Under the pieces are notes generated by a model, which did no database searches, was not told the origin of the DNA, and saw only the letters and a list, made by a program, of their open reading frames with translations. This document shows, piece by piece, positions 52,941-64,000 of a stretch of 64,000 nucleotides of DNA. The DNA is from Schmidtea polychroa (Eukaryota). The stretch is taken from NCBI GenBank assembly GCA_044892525.1, contig CM097885.1:44270001-44334000 (forward strand). Direction: 5' to 3'. How positions within the stretch are numbered: position 1 is the first letter of the stretch; every line of letters begins with the position of its first letter. The position numbers were made by a program, and so were the translations under genes.

Positions 52941-52958
52941 ATCCCGGCTGAGCCCCCA
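52941..52958 (-). promoter_or_regulatory. Primer-binding site, tRNA-Pro type
   Basis: Minus strand TGGGGGCTCAGCCGGGAT matches the MLV tRNA-Pro PBS TGGGGGCTCGTCCGGGAT at 16 of 18 positions. It starts 7 nt inside the 5' LTR end. Confidence 0.85.
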
Positions 52959-53499
52959 AAAATCATGTTGGGGTTACACCGCGGCTGACCACTCTACCAT
53001 GTTGACGGGTCTAAGGGTTGATTGTCCATCTCGAATAAAAGGTGCCACCGATTTGTCAACCTGGAGTGAAACCCCACATAACTTTCTTCCAACATAGTGC
53101 CCGTGAATCACTTCACGTTGGTACTGCACTATGCAGGCGAGACGCCAGCAAGCAGGTGAGCTTCTGCCTTAAAACTACTCCTTGCTGAGGCCTCGACTTC
53201 CCATTCACGACTGCCGATAGAAGGGCTTACGTCCATTTCCTTACACAACCGCTTATCGGGATTCGCTGAAGGCAAATTGGGAATTGCTCACTAGATCTTG
53301 CGGGTTCTCTACTCAACCCACTTAATTAAAGTCTACTTATTCATGAACGAAAACGTGTAAGACAACAAGATTTATTAATTTCAACGTTATGACACAAGGA
53401 TTCAGCTGTACACTTTACTAATGTTTGTCGAAAGAAGAGAAAACATCATAATCAACATAGATCGGATCCTTGTTCTTCATCCTGACCGCCACTGGGGTT

Positions 53500-54252
53500 C
53501 TATTGTTTCTCCCATTCAGCGTCGGCGAATAATTCGTCGAGGTTAAAAAACTCGGAAGCGTTCTCTTCCCACGTTACGCCAGCGGCTGATATGATTCGTG
53601 CTGAGGGTCCCGTTGTTAGGTCGATGGACACGTGAGAGTTACCACCGTTGGTTGAACCCTCTATTGATGGGATGTTTGGCTTTGTAGTGGCGCGTTCGCG
53701 CTGTCTCTTCTTGCGCTCTGCACGAGAGAGTTGTTTGCGCTTGGGTTTGCTTGAAGATGCCACTTGCAGAAGGGTGACAGGTACAGATGGACTAGCAGTG
53801 GGGGGCTTATTGGTACCCGTGATGACAACATCTGGTCGCTTGGGGGACAATTCGTTTTCGACGCAGTCTCGGCACGGTCTCTTGAACGGTGGAGATGGAT
53901 TCGAGGAGAGGTTGTGATGAGGCGGAAAGATGTCATCGGCCTCTCGGATGGGAATCTGCACAATTTTTCGGGTTGTAGCCGCCTGCACGTAAACCTTATG
54001 CAGTGCCTCGGATTGTTCTCTGATTAGACTTCTTTGGGCACGGCTCTCAGATATTAGCGCGTCCCGGCAATGCTCGCTGCGATCGAGCTTCTTTTGGATC
54101 TCCTTCATCCGAGCGGGACTAAACCATGTCCCTTCCAGCTCGTCGATTTTTCGTTTATATCGACCGATCTGGGCTTGGAGATCTGTAATCACTGCATTTT
54201 TATCTGAGCAGGAGAAGCAGGGACGTAGAGCTGATTTGTGATTTGATAACAT
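53500..54252 (-). CDS. LTR-encoded 250-aa protein, 5' LTR copy
   Basis: Same translation as 27399-28151; the one SNP seen is synonymous. Confidence 0.7.
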   Translation of the reverse strand: MLSNHKSALRPCFSCSDKNAVITDLQAQIGRYKRKIDELEGTWFSPARMKEIQKKLDRSEHCRDALISESRAQRSLIREQSEALHKVYVQAATTRKIVQIPIREADDIFPPHHNLSSNPSPPFKRPCRDCVENELSPKRPDVVITGTNKPPTASPSVPVTLLQVASSSKPKRKQLSRAERKKRQRERATTKPNIPSIEGSTNGGNSHVSIDLTTGPSARIISAAGVTWEENASEFFNLDELFADAEWEKQ

Positions 54253-56704
54253 ATGGATGGCTAAAGAAGAAAACTATGATGACTATATCCAAGAATTTCG
54301 GATCAGATATACGGTTTATTCGCTATTGGATACTTAGTGCTGGAAGAAAACAAGACGAGTCGATGAAACAGGATCCCTCCCTTCACCCTGGATTACTAAT
54401 ATTTTACGTATCCTTTACAAAAATTATTCCTCAACGCCCTGATTGCTTCCCTGACGAATGCAAATTATTTGTAAAAATTTTAATTTTCGTCTGTCGCGTT
54501 CGAGTTGGATTTCTATCTATCGCACATAACGGCAATTGACGGATTTGTTCATGCCGGAGTGAATAAACCTATTTCATTACAAATACACTATACTACACTT
54601 CGTTTAAATTTCGCTGATTATTTGTTGTTATTCTAATGCAAAATAAGGTTTTTGGACCAAATGCAACTAGTAAAAACTTGCACCCTTACTTCAAGTAGCG
54701 GAATAAGTAACAACTCGTAATTTCGTATAAACTATACGTCACTGTTTTATGATTACCCCTTACCCATACCATACGGTGATATCGTCGTAGAAATATAGCA
54801 TCGTAAAAATATTGTAATTACATAATAATTTGTTATCGGATTTAGTTTTCTATTACAATACGTCATTTACAGGGAATATGAGAAATTTAACTACAATATT
54901 ACTAGCTATTTTATAACCCAAAAATTCCTGTAGATACTTTAGTTAATTTAAATTTGGCTCGAAGGCTACTACTATTATTTGTAACATCTAATTAGAATTA
55001 CGATAAACCTCTACAACACTTAGGTAAAACTTCCTATGGTTTAGTTATAAAGTTTGGTTTGAATTTTCGATTATTAATTAAAATACCCCTTCAACAATTT
55101 CGATTTTTATTTAGAATATTTAATTTAAGCAAAATTATCTTTAATGAGTGCACTTTAGAGAGTCCCTTATCTTAGTAGTCGGTTACTGGTTATTTGGCTT
55201 ATCTTTTTAGTGGTACGAATGGCCTTTATCAGTAGTGAAATTTAAGAGTCAGTCATCTGGAAGTCACATCTCATGTCAGCATTATCTAATAGGACCACTG
55301 ATTACTACTCACACACTAAGAATCCTAGAGAGGGTGACACATGGCGGCATTCCCTGCGGTGAGAGGCATTCGGAATGATTCTGCTGTTTCTCATGCATAT
55401 TTCTGACCGGATGACGCTACTCATAGTTATGTTAGCAGTATGTCTGTATGTATGGGTGCCTATTCGATGGAAATTTTATCTGTAACTATCAACCGTACTG
55501 AGCGAACTGCAAATGTTACATCGCGTGTCGATTCCCATCTGAGCTTATGATGTTGGATTTATTTACTACGACTCGTAATTTCCTCAATATTGGATGCTTT
55601 TGAACGATGGAAGATCTCTACGAACCAGCCAACTAGACTCTATGAAGCATATTTCAGTAGTGGATATTTCGACGCAACAGCATGAAAATTATTCAATGGG
55701 TATTACCAGATTTTGTTAATATATGTGATTGAATACAGTATTATTGTGGTTTTATGCTTTACTTTTCCTTTATTGTAAATTCCTCATCATATGCTAAGAT
55801 TTGGATGTCGCATCTGAAAGAGATGACCTAAATTAGATTTACTTTTTCAAAAATCTACCGAATGCAATTTCAACTTCTCGACATGTTAGAAAAACCAGCG
55901 ATGGATGTTTAATGGTATTTTCCCCCACATGGTAAGTTCGGATTTATAGACAGAAGTGGCATGAATGTCTTATAAGTCGACTCTGGACAATACAGAGTTA
56001 ATATGAGAACTCCCTCAGTCGCTGTGAAGCACATATCCTATTTTCGAAAATTTCATAAGGTTTCCTTTCGGTCTATATTTCGGTACTCCGACAGATTTTA
56101 AGTCCTTCAGCAATTGGACCCGTGAAGAAGCCTTCACATTTCGGCCCAATCTAGCTGCGTGATTGAAATACTCCATGTCCACCGGCTGAGCTCCCGAAGG
56201 CACCTCACACCATGACATGGAGTATCTCAACGCCACGTTTCTCGTTAATATTAGAAATCATAAAACTATCACTTCAAAATAAATATCCATAAAAATTATG
56301 TAAGAGTTCACCTGTTACCAATAAATACTTTTAAACATTTAAATTATTTACTTTATCAAAATCGTTATTCAGGATCAAATGAAAAGAGAGTCTGGTTAAA
56401 TTTAAAAGTTTAATTACTCATTAAATATACATATTTACTATTAACTTCGAAAGACAATATCATAAATAAAAATCCCTTACTATGGAATTAGGCTGAATCG
56501 GAAAATTAACGTTAGTCGTTCCAAATTAGTCTGATGATAATTCGTCGAATGTCGATTGCTGTGACTGAGTTCGAATTGCTGTGAAGTTTTTCGAATTAAC
56601 TGTTGCTCTACTTGTATTGCTGATCCTTGAAATAAGTCTCCGTGAGTTGTAGATGTCTATGAAATGCTCGGGGTTAACAGTAAATTTAATGTTTTTGGTA
56701 GTTG

Positions 56705-56738
56705 TATATATATCAAATTCTTATTTGTGCGGACCAAT
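56705..56738 (-). promoter_or_regulatory. Candidate LTR promoter (CCAAT box and TATA); copy at 30604-30637
   Basis: Minus strand ATTGG (56738-56734) followed about 21 nt later by TATATATA (56712-56705), about 350 bp into the LTR. Confidence 0.5.
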
Positions 56739-57079
56739 CAGAGTTGAGTACCGCTTATTTCTATTAATTTAATATAATTTTCTTGTTTTTAGGTTGTTTT
56801 TTCCTTATTTTCTTTATTTTTAATATGTTTTTCTATTCATTTCCTTAATTTCCTTATTATTTCTTGAATTCCTCTTTATTTATTTGTCAACTTGTTCTAT
56901 TTTAATCTTTTCTTAATTTTATTTTTTGTTTTAATTCTTATGTCTTAATTATTATTTTCCTTATATCTTATTCTATTTTATTTCTGATTTTATTTATTTT
57001 ATTTTTATTTTTCTTAATGTTCTACTTCCCTACTTTCTTATTTTTCAACGATTAAATTTTCGACTCAGCCCAACAAAAG

Positions 57080-57248
57080 TGTAAGTAAAGTGTAACTGTA
57101 TTAGTCTCAAATAAAGATTTTGTGTTGGGTTGTTTATTTAATTTCGAAAAGAACACAAAGGAGTCAGACAGTAATACCGACTTGCACAAAATACCCAACA
57201 CAAGCAAGAAAGTAAATTAAAAGACACAGCAACCTAGATGCCTCAACG
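57080..57248 (+). repeat. Remainder of the older LTR begun at 25957
   Basis: Ends CCTCAAC(G), the inverted complement of the TGTTGAGG start with one terminal mismatch. Confidence 0.65.
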
Positions 57249-58772
57249 GTTAGCACTGTTTCTCTGTGGAAAATGCCATTATGTTGGCGATCATAATGAT
57301 CGGATCATTGATAGTTGTCGGTAGAATTCTGACACGTCTCGCATAATCGCATCTAGAAATTCTATTCGCTTTGTGCCTCATAATTTTGATATAAGCAAAG
57401 TCTAGAGACCGTAAGAAAGATTCTAAAATTAATAGATAGATTAGATTCAATGTATAAGTACTATCAAATAGTAACTAATAGTACAAGAATGACAAAATAA
57501 TACATAACATTTCATGTAGGAAGTATTATCTATAGAAATTTAAACACGAAACATTGTAGTCTATATTTAAAAACAGTATAATTGGTACATTTCTTATGAC
57601 ATTACAACATGATTATAAAATGGAGGCAGTAAGATGCAATCACGCTAAAATACCAAAGATCTAGAAAAGAAATAGGTCGAGAAAGAGTTGTAGAATTAAA
57701 TGAAGGTAAATCAAGTCAATGATAGTTTACGGAGAGTTGATAATGAACTAAGTATAAAAAAGTCAATCGCGTCCTAATGGCGAAAATTTTCTGATAAGTA
57801 ACGCCATTAACTTGAAGAAATTTAATAAGTAGGCTCAAGAGACAAAGTCCAAGCTAACTGGTACCTCGAATAAAATTTTCAATATAAACATAACAGTATA
57901 TAATATACCATTGAATTCATGTTTTGAATGTGTGGATCATGTCACTGGTTATCTAAAAAATCAACTCGACTGTAGTAATAAATAAAACTTCAACTAATTT
58001 ATGTAATTAATACATTAGCAGCAAGCCATGTATAAGAATTTGAATCCGTCACCCAACACCATACCAAGTGAGGAAATGAATAACCAATAAGGCCAAAATA
58101 TTTCTATGATAACTGATTTATTTTTTACACTGCTTGAACCATAATGCATTATTCCCCGCAAAACGAATAATACTTGATCCAGAATTTTTTAATATATTCA
58201 ATGCTCTGTCGAGGATCAAGCATGTCACGTTCCGCAAGCCAAAATATTTTGAAAATTGGTTTTAATTCATTCATCGTTTATCTGTTATTTACGATTTAGT
58301 TTATCTTCATTCTGTCAAATTAATAACAATTGTCTTATATATAATTGTGAATGTATGTATATATGTTTGTTTGTTACAATTTCTAAATACAAAAATTTTT
58401 AAATTGAATCCAATATAAAAATCCTTATAAATTGTTATTATTACAAAAAAATTCACATTGGCCCATTTATATTCTTAGGTTAAGTCTGTTCAATTCAGAT
58501 CAGCACTAATGTGGGTGACCATTAAAAAATCTGGATTGTAGTATTTTATTTTTTGTTTAATCGTTCACAAAATACCTTTATAGCATTACATTAACATTAA
58601 GCATCATGCCTTGCAATGTATAAAGCTGTATCTGTCTATCTGTTCACTATTATAATGTATAGATATATAAAAAATTAGTTCTTTATTATCATAGATACAA
58701 AGCCCTGAATCATTTTAAAATCATTATATTGTAATCAATTTTATTTGCCTTATAATGTTATCTAAAAGACAA

Positions 58773-58955
58773 ATGCCAATTGGATCTGTTAATTCTTCTG
58801 CAAAAAGAGCAGCAAATTGAAAGGCGAATGAAACCCTACAGGAGCGACAAGCACGACTTGCAAACATGAGAAACCGGGCGGCTATAGAAAGATCAAACGA
58901 GACGCAAGAACAGAGAGAAGCAAGACTTGCAGACATGAGAACTCGGGCCGCTACA
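58773..58955 (+). pseudogene. Fragment with ET..(E/Q)R.ARL..MR 22-aa repeats, like the Helitron RepHel N-terminus / STPR repeats
   Basis: Manual translation ...AAN*KANETLQERQARLANMRNRAAIERSNETQEQREARLADMRTRAAT. Present only in the left palindrome arm. Confidence 0.45.
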
Positions 58956-59514
58956 GTAAGAGTTGTTAAAATAAATGGAAATTTAAAAGGTGCTGGTTTT
59001 TCATATGACACTGATGTCTTGATTTTTTTTTAATTTTCACATTCTTATAACATGTAATATATGTTTAATATGTATAATTACTTTTGAAAATCCAAGTGCA
59101 TTTAATAAAATATAGCAAAATACTATACTACTTATGTAAATAATATAATATACTGGTCTACAGTAAGAAAACTTTGGATAAATAGTATAAAAAAGTAACA
59201 TTTTTCAAATATCTATATAAATAATAAATATATAAATAATAAAAAATTATATCTTCAATAATTATACAATTCCATATTTAAATTTTGTTATTGGCCTGTC
59301 AGTAGAATTGTTTGTTTGAATTGAACACATAAATTATATTTATAGATTTCTAGGAAGACAGAAAATTAGATAATTAAATTTAGCTAATATGTTTTGTCAT
59401 TAATTAAATATTATATAATTATAATTATTCCTTCGTATTTTAATTGTATTAAAAAACAAATAATTCAAATTAACTTTCAATGTTTAAATTTTAAAACATA
59501 TATGAAAATCTTAC

Positions 59515-59638
59515 AGATTTGAACCGAATTCTCCAACCACTTTCGGGTTGTCGATACCATTAATTATCTTTATTATTGTACTTTCTTTGATCGGGCCATC
59601 AGAAAGTTTTTGATACACTTTATACACTTTTTGAGCTG

Positions 59639-59674
<36 letters not shown>

Positions 59675-60177
59675 GAATAAAAACCTCTAAAAGTCTCCCC
59701 ATAAAAAAAGAAAAAATTTATAAAATAAAAACAAGAAATACGAAATTGTTTGAAATATAACAGAAAAAGAATCTTATTTATCTCCCTCCTATCAACAGAT
59801 GATTCCAGGAATGTTGGAAATGTTTGATGAAAAATTAATTTTATATTTCAAACATTTAATAAGTCACGTTTTCCGAAAAGTTATTTAAAAAATTTCGAAT
59901 TTTCACTAATCTAATTAATCCGCTAACAGGTCACTGTGATCTCGAATAATAGAGAGTCTAATAAATTATATATAATTAGATATGAATTTATAATTATATA
60001 TAAGAATACATATATGAAAATACCTCTCATCCATTTCTATATAGGCTCTATGAAAAAATATATAAATATCCTTTGGGACAAAAAGAAAGACCCGACACTT
60101 GACCTAGATAATCCAAAAGGTGGTAGAAGAATTGCATTTGCTAACATAATTTTGAACGGTTGATTTTCAACCTTAGC
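59515..60177 (-). pseudogene. Inverted, deleted copy of PAL exons 2-3
   Basis: YQKLSDGPIKESTIIKIINGIDNPKVVGEFGSNL and LGQVSGLSFCPKG..FHRA on the minus strand. Exon 1, part of exon 2 and the exon-3 acceptor are missing. Confidence 0.8.
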
Positions 60178-60630
60178 CTTTCCTTTCTGTTTATCAATTG
60201 GAATAGTAGATTTCTATCTTAATGCCGATTTTCAATTCGTTAATTTTTCTCTGGGAATAAGAATATTCGTAACTATGGCAATATAGCTTGTTCTTGTAAA
60301 AAAATTCGTTACGTCATTATCGATTAAGCTAGAAAATAATATACAGCAAAACACGTAGGTGTGGATTTAAAAATACATCTATTTTTAAATTCGCACCTAC
60401 GTATTTTGTCTTTTATTATTTTCTAGCTAAATCGATAATTACGTAACAATAATTTCTTCAAGAACAAGCTCCATTGCCATAGTTACGAATATTCTTATTC
60501 CCAGAGAAAAATTAACCAATAGAAAATCGGCATTGAGAGAGAAATCTACTATTCCAATTGATGAACAGAAAAAAACTATTAATTATATACATATATAAAT
60601 AACTCGAATTTACGATAATTCTAATTATAA

Positions 60631-61759
60631 ATGATGATTTCTATTTTTATTATTTTATCAAATATTTGGTTTTTCATTTCCTGTTCACCGATAGATACTG
60701 CTGTCAATGAACTAAATCAACTACAAAAGTCTCCAGTTGGAAAAGTAAGTCAATGTTTATTAATAAGTGGAATTAACATTTAGAATTTGTAGGCAAAGGT
60801 TGAAAATAAACCGTTCAAAATTACGTTAGAAAATGCTAATCTTGTACCAAACTGGCCATCATCGAAACTTTTGGATTATCTAGGTCAAGTGTCGGGTCTT
60901 TCTTTTTGTCCCAAAGGATATTTATATATTTTCCACAGAGCTGATGTAGATATGGATGAGAGGTATTCTTATATATGTATTCTTATACATAATTATAAAT
61001 TTATATCTAATTATATATAATTTATTAGACTCTCTATTATTCGAGATCACAGTGACCTGTTAGCGGATTAATTAGATTAATGAAAATTCGAAATTTTTTA
61101 AATAACTTTTCGGAAAACGTGACTTATTAAATGTTTGAAATATAAAATTAATTTTTCATCAAACATTTCCGACGTTCCTGGAATCATCTGTTGATAAGAG
61201 GGAGATAAATAAGATTCTCTTTCTGTTATATTTCAAACAATTTCGTATTTTTAGTTTTTACTTTATAATTTTTTTCTCCATTTTTTTTTCATGGGAAACT
61301 TTTAAAGGTTTTGATTCGAGTCTTTTCAATTCCTTACCATCTCGGATGACCGAAATTACACTGTGGTGTTGCCCTTATTTGATTTACTTTAACTGATTAT
61401 TTATGTTTGGAGATGTTTTTGTAAAGTATATCAAGTATCTCTGACATTATAGAGAGAGAGGGGGAGAGAGAGCTATATTTTTGTATGATGCAAATTTCTG
61501 TAAATTGGTGCTCAAAAAGTGAATAAAGTGTATTTTTCTTATAATTGCTACTAATCTTAAAAGGAAAGATTTTCTTTAATTCTTATAATAATCATAATTA
61601 ATTTTATTATTTATCCCATTTCTATCAATTTTCTAGATCATTCAACAATAAAAATCAGTACCAAAAACTTTCTGATGGGCCGATCAAAGAAAGTACAATA
61701 ATAAAGATAAATAATGGTATCGACAACCCGAAAGTAGTTGGAGAATTCGGTTCAAATCT
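60631..61759 (+). CDS. PAL: Host peptidyl-alpha-hydroxyglycine alpha-amidating lyase (stand-alone PAL), exons 1-3 (60631-60744, 60793-60962, 61637-61759); later exons not found in the window
   Basis: Spliced ORF: signal peptide MMISIFIILSNIWFFISCSP, then NWP....LGQVSGLSF.PKG.LYIFHRAD...RSFNNKNQYQ...GPIKESTII...FGSNL. Collinear with the PAL domain of PAM (WP..GQVSGVALD..LVIFHRGD..SFD..YQ..GPIEEDTI..GKNL). All junctions are GT-AG and in phase. Confidence 0.85.
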
Positions 61760-62887
61760 GTAAGATTTTCATATATTTTTTAAAATTTAAACATTGAAAG
61801 TTAATTTGAATTATTTGTTTTTTAATACAATTAAAATACGAAGGAATAATTATAATTATATAATATTTAATTAATGACAAAACATATTAGCTAAATTTAA
61901 TTATCTAATTTTCTGTCTTCCTAGAAATCTATAAATATAATTTTATATGTTCAATTCAAACAAACAAATCTACTGACAAGCGGGACGTTTTGACGCCAAT
62001 AACAAAATTTAAATTTGGAATTGTATAATTATTGAATATATAATTATTTATTATTTATATAGATATTTGTAAAATGTTACTTTTTTGTATTATTTATCTA
62101 AAGTCTTTCATGCTATAGACCAGTATATTTATTTATTTACAATTGTTATTAAAAGAATTTAAATGGGCCAAAGGGATTTTTTTGTAATAATAACGATTTA
62201 TAAGGATTTTTATATTGGATTCAATTTAAAAATTTCCGTATTTAGAAATTATAACAAACAAACATACATACATACATTCACAATTATATAAGACAACAGA
62301 ATGAAGATAAACCAAATCGTAAATAGCAGATAAAAGATGAATAAATTAAAACAATGATTCTCAACCTATTTTGGCTTGCGGCGCAATAAAATTTTCGCTG
62401 CATACATGGGAAAAATTAACAGTTTTTATAGCATAAAAATTGTTTGTAATGTAATTTATTTATCATTGTCTTCACTCTTATCAAATAAAGGAAGAAAGCA
62501 ATATCTCTATAAAATAGATCAGAAATAAATATAGAAAATTATGAATTTGTTTAGAAGAAAATTGGATTTCATAGTGTATTTTAAATGTTCTTTAAATGTC
62601 CTAGGAATGTTATATAATTTGTAAAACCTCTCACTTCACACTAGTGTTTAAAGATTCTAAAATTATTTCATGAATGTTTCATATATATTTCATTTCCAAG
62701 ATCTCAGACTAAATGGTTTAGAATCTCCATTCAAGAGAGACACGAAAATCCTAAATAAATATATAATTTTAAATGATTACCTAAAATTTGAAGAGATTTT
62801 CATAAATAAATTAAAGGATAAAACCGAAAATTCATGCTATAAATTATTCCGTTAAAAATTAAAAGCATGTCATAAATGTTGCCTAAT

Positions 62888-62972
62888 TGGTGGCTGGACA
62901 AAATGTCATGGTATAAATGTTGTAGATAAAATGTTGTGTGTGAACAGTACCTTTGCGACCAATACCCATAGG

Positions 62973-63007
<35 letters not shown>

Positions 63008-63283
63008 ATGAGAAAGAAGAAAATGTACATCCGCATCAACGAGGCACTACAAATTATGGTCTCGGACTACGTCAATCGAGATCCGGTTACATATCTGGGT
63101 GATACTGCGCGTGTACTTATTATAAACGTCGTGTAACGTTGTAGTATATTTGACTAAAGATAATTAACGTATGATTTTAGAATAATTTTTTGTTTAAAAC
63201 AATCAAGTATAATAATGTTATGTTACATTTTGTCCACGACATTTTAACCGTGACATTCTTTCCACGACCTTCAGTCCGGTTAC
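62888..63283 (+). mobile_element. Internally deleted Mutator-like (MULE) remnant
   Basis: GGACAAAATGTC / GACATTTT-type subterminal repeats at the two ends in opposite orientation. Internal reading RKKKMYIRINEALQIMVSDY...YLGDTARVL resembles a MULE transposase C-terminus. Confidence 0.4.
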
Positions 63284-64000
63284 ATTTTCTCCTAGTACCA
63301 CCAAATTCTGTGAAAATTAAATGTCACTAAATTTAATTGCCCAGGCAAATGTTCAAATGTTTCAATGTTCACATTGACTATATACAATTTGAGGTTTAAC
63401 AAATTCTATAAGGCACGTGGTCAATTGACAAAACTACGAATCAACTTAAAATTTACTTTACACATACTTTAATAAAATAAAATTTGGTATTTTATCAAAT
63501 GACAATAAATTATTTTTAAGAGTTAATTTTTACTCAAACCATTTTAGTAAAATTATCATCTTTTGCAATGCGAAAAAAAATGTTAAATGGTTTGTTTTAT
63601 TTATGCATCAACTGAAATATTATTGGGAAAATTAAACTTGGAAAAATATTTGATATTTTATTTTGCCACAAAAACCAAAAAACTTTAAATTTTAATAGAA
63701 AATTAAAATTTGTTATAAAAAATTAATAAATAAAATAAATTTATAACAAAAAAGAGTAACAATATTTTTCTTCATATTTTATTAATTCTGTGGATGTCCA
63801 ATTACTATTTCAGTATAGGATTCGAAGTCTCTCTGAACTCTTTTTTATTTAACTATTTGGCCCATTTCTAAAAATTATTGAAAATCTTTGTTCTGATGTA
63901 TAAATTTTATTTTCCATTAGGTATAATCGTCCTTACTAAACACTCTTCCATCTGACACAATCTATTTTTATCCTCATTAGTAAACCCAATCCTTATTTTC

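Larger units (their letters stand above)
26865..57075 (-). mobile_element. Giant (30,211 bp) Ty3/gypsy LTR retroelement, Burro-like, complete and very young
   Basis: 4110-bp direct LTRs with TGTTGGG...CCCAACA termini. 4-bp TSD AAAG (26861-26864, 57076-57079). tRNA-Pro-type PBS. Intact 13.85-kb ORF with PR-RT-RH-IN order. Confidence 0.97.
52966..57075 (-). repeat. 5' LTR of the giant element (4110 bp)
   Basis: Direct repeat of 26865-30974; adjacent to the PBS. Confidence 0.97.
58232..62381. repeat. Large imperfect palindrome (inverted duplication) centred at 60377/60378
   Basis: GTAGGTGTGGATTTAAAAATA-CATC-TATTTTTAAATTCGCACCTAC at the centre. Arms can be matched outward to CCGCAAGCCAAAATA (58232) and TATTTTGGCTTGCGG (62381), with substitutions and large indels. 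Confidence 0.9.

Noticed and set aside
52941..52958. Possible tRNA-Pro gene
   Set aside because: Only the 3' 18 nt including CCA are present; this is a primer-binding site.
57061..57075. LTR start GGCTGAG is complementary to the PBS, suggesting Tf1-like self-priming
   Set aside because: Only 7 nt match, the PBS is explained by tRNA-Pro, and this part of U3 would not be at the transcript 5' end.
62701..62855. Candidate PAL exon 4
   Set aside because: In the required phase it stops early and lacks the expected FY.PHG motif.

Overview
AT-rich eukaryotic DNA with short (about 40-50 nt) GT-AG introns and (ATT)n tracts. A planarian flatworm is my inference; the organism cannot be proven from this window. 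The window is mostly mobile elements. (1) 1-12788: right part of a Polinton/Maverick (packaging ATPase, broken integrase, minor and major capsid proteins, adenain protease, protein-primed PolB, right terminus), with spliced genes. (2) 14359-19581: young 5.2-kb Ty3/gypsy element with a -1 frameshift signal and a broken integrase. (3) About 20-26 kb: truncated hAT transposase, a decayed ubiquitin-like/Bcl-2/envelope fragment, a GPCR pseudogene and an older LTR. (4) 26865-57075, minus strand: a complete, very young 30.2-kb giant Ty3/gypsy element resembling the Burro elements described from Schmidtea mediterranea, with 4110-bp LTRs. Its single 4617-aa ORF reads Gag, three ubiquitin-like domains, a Bcl-2-like domain, a chuvirus-like class III fusion glycoprotein, PR-RT-RNaseH-IN, ankyrin repeats and a membrane protein. 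It also carries TRAF, an IAP-type RING, coiled-coil and membrane ORFs, each behind an apparent splice acceptor. This is the most interesting system here: it looks like an enveloped, virus-like retroelement with a cell-death/NF-kB modulation kit. (5) 58.2-62.4 kb: a spacer-less palindrome duplicating part of a host PAL (peptide-amidating lyase) gene. All domain calls are by-eye motif recognition; no database search was run.
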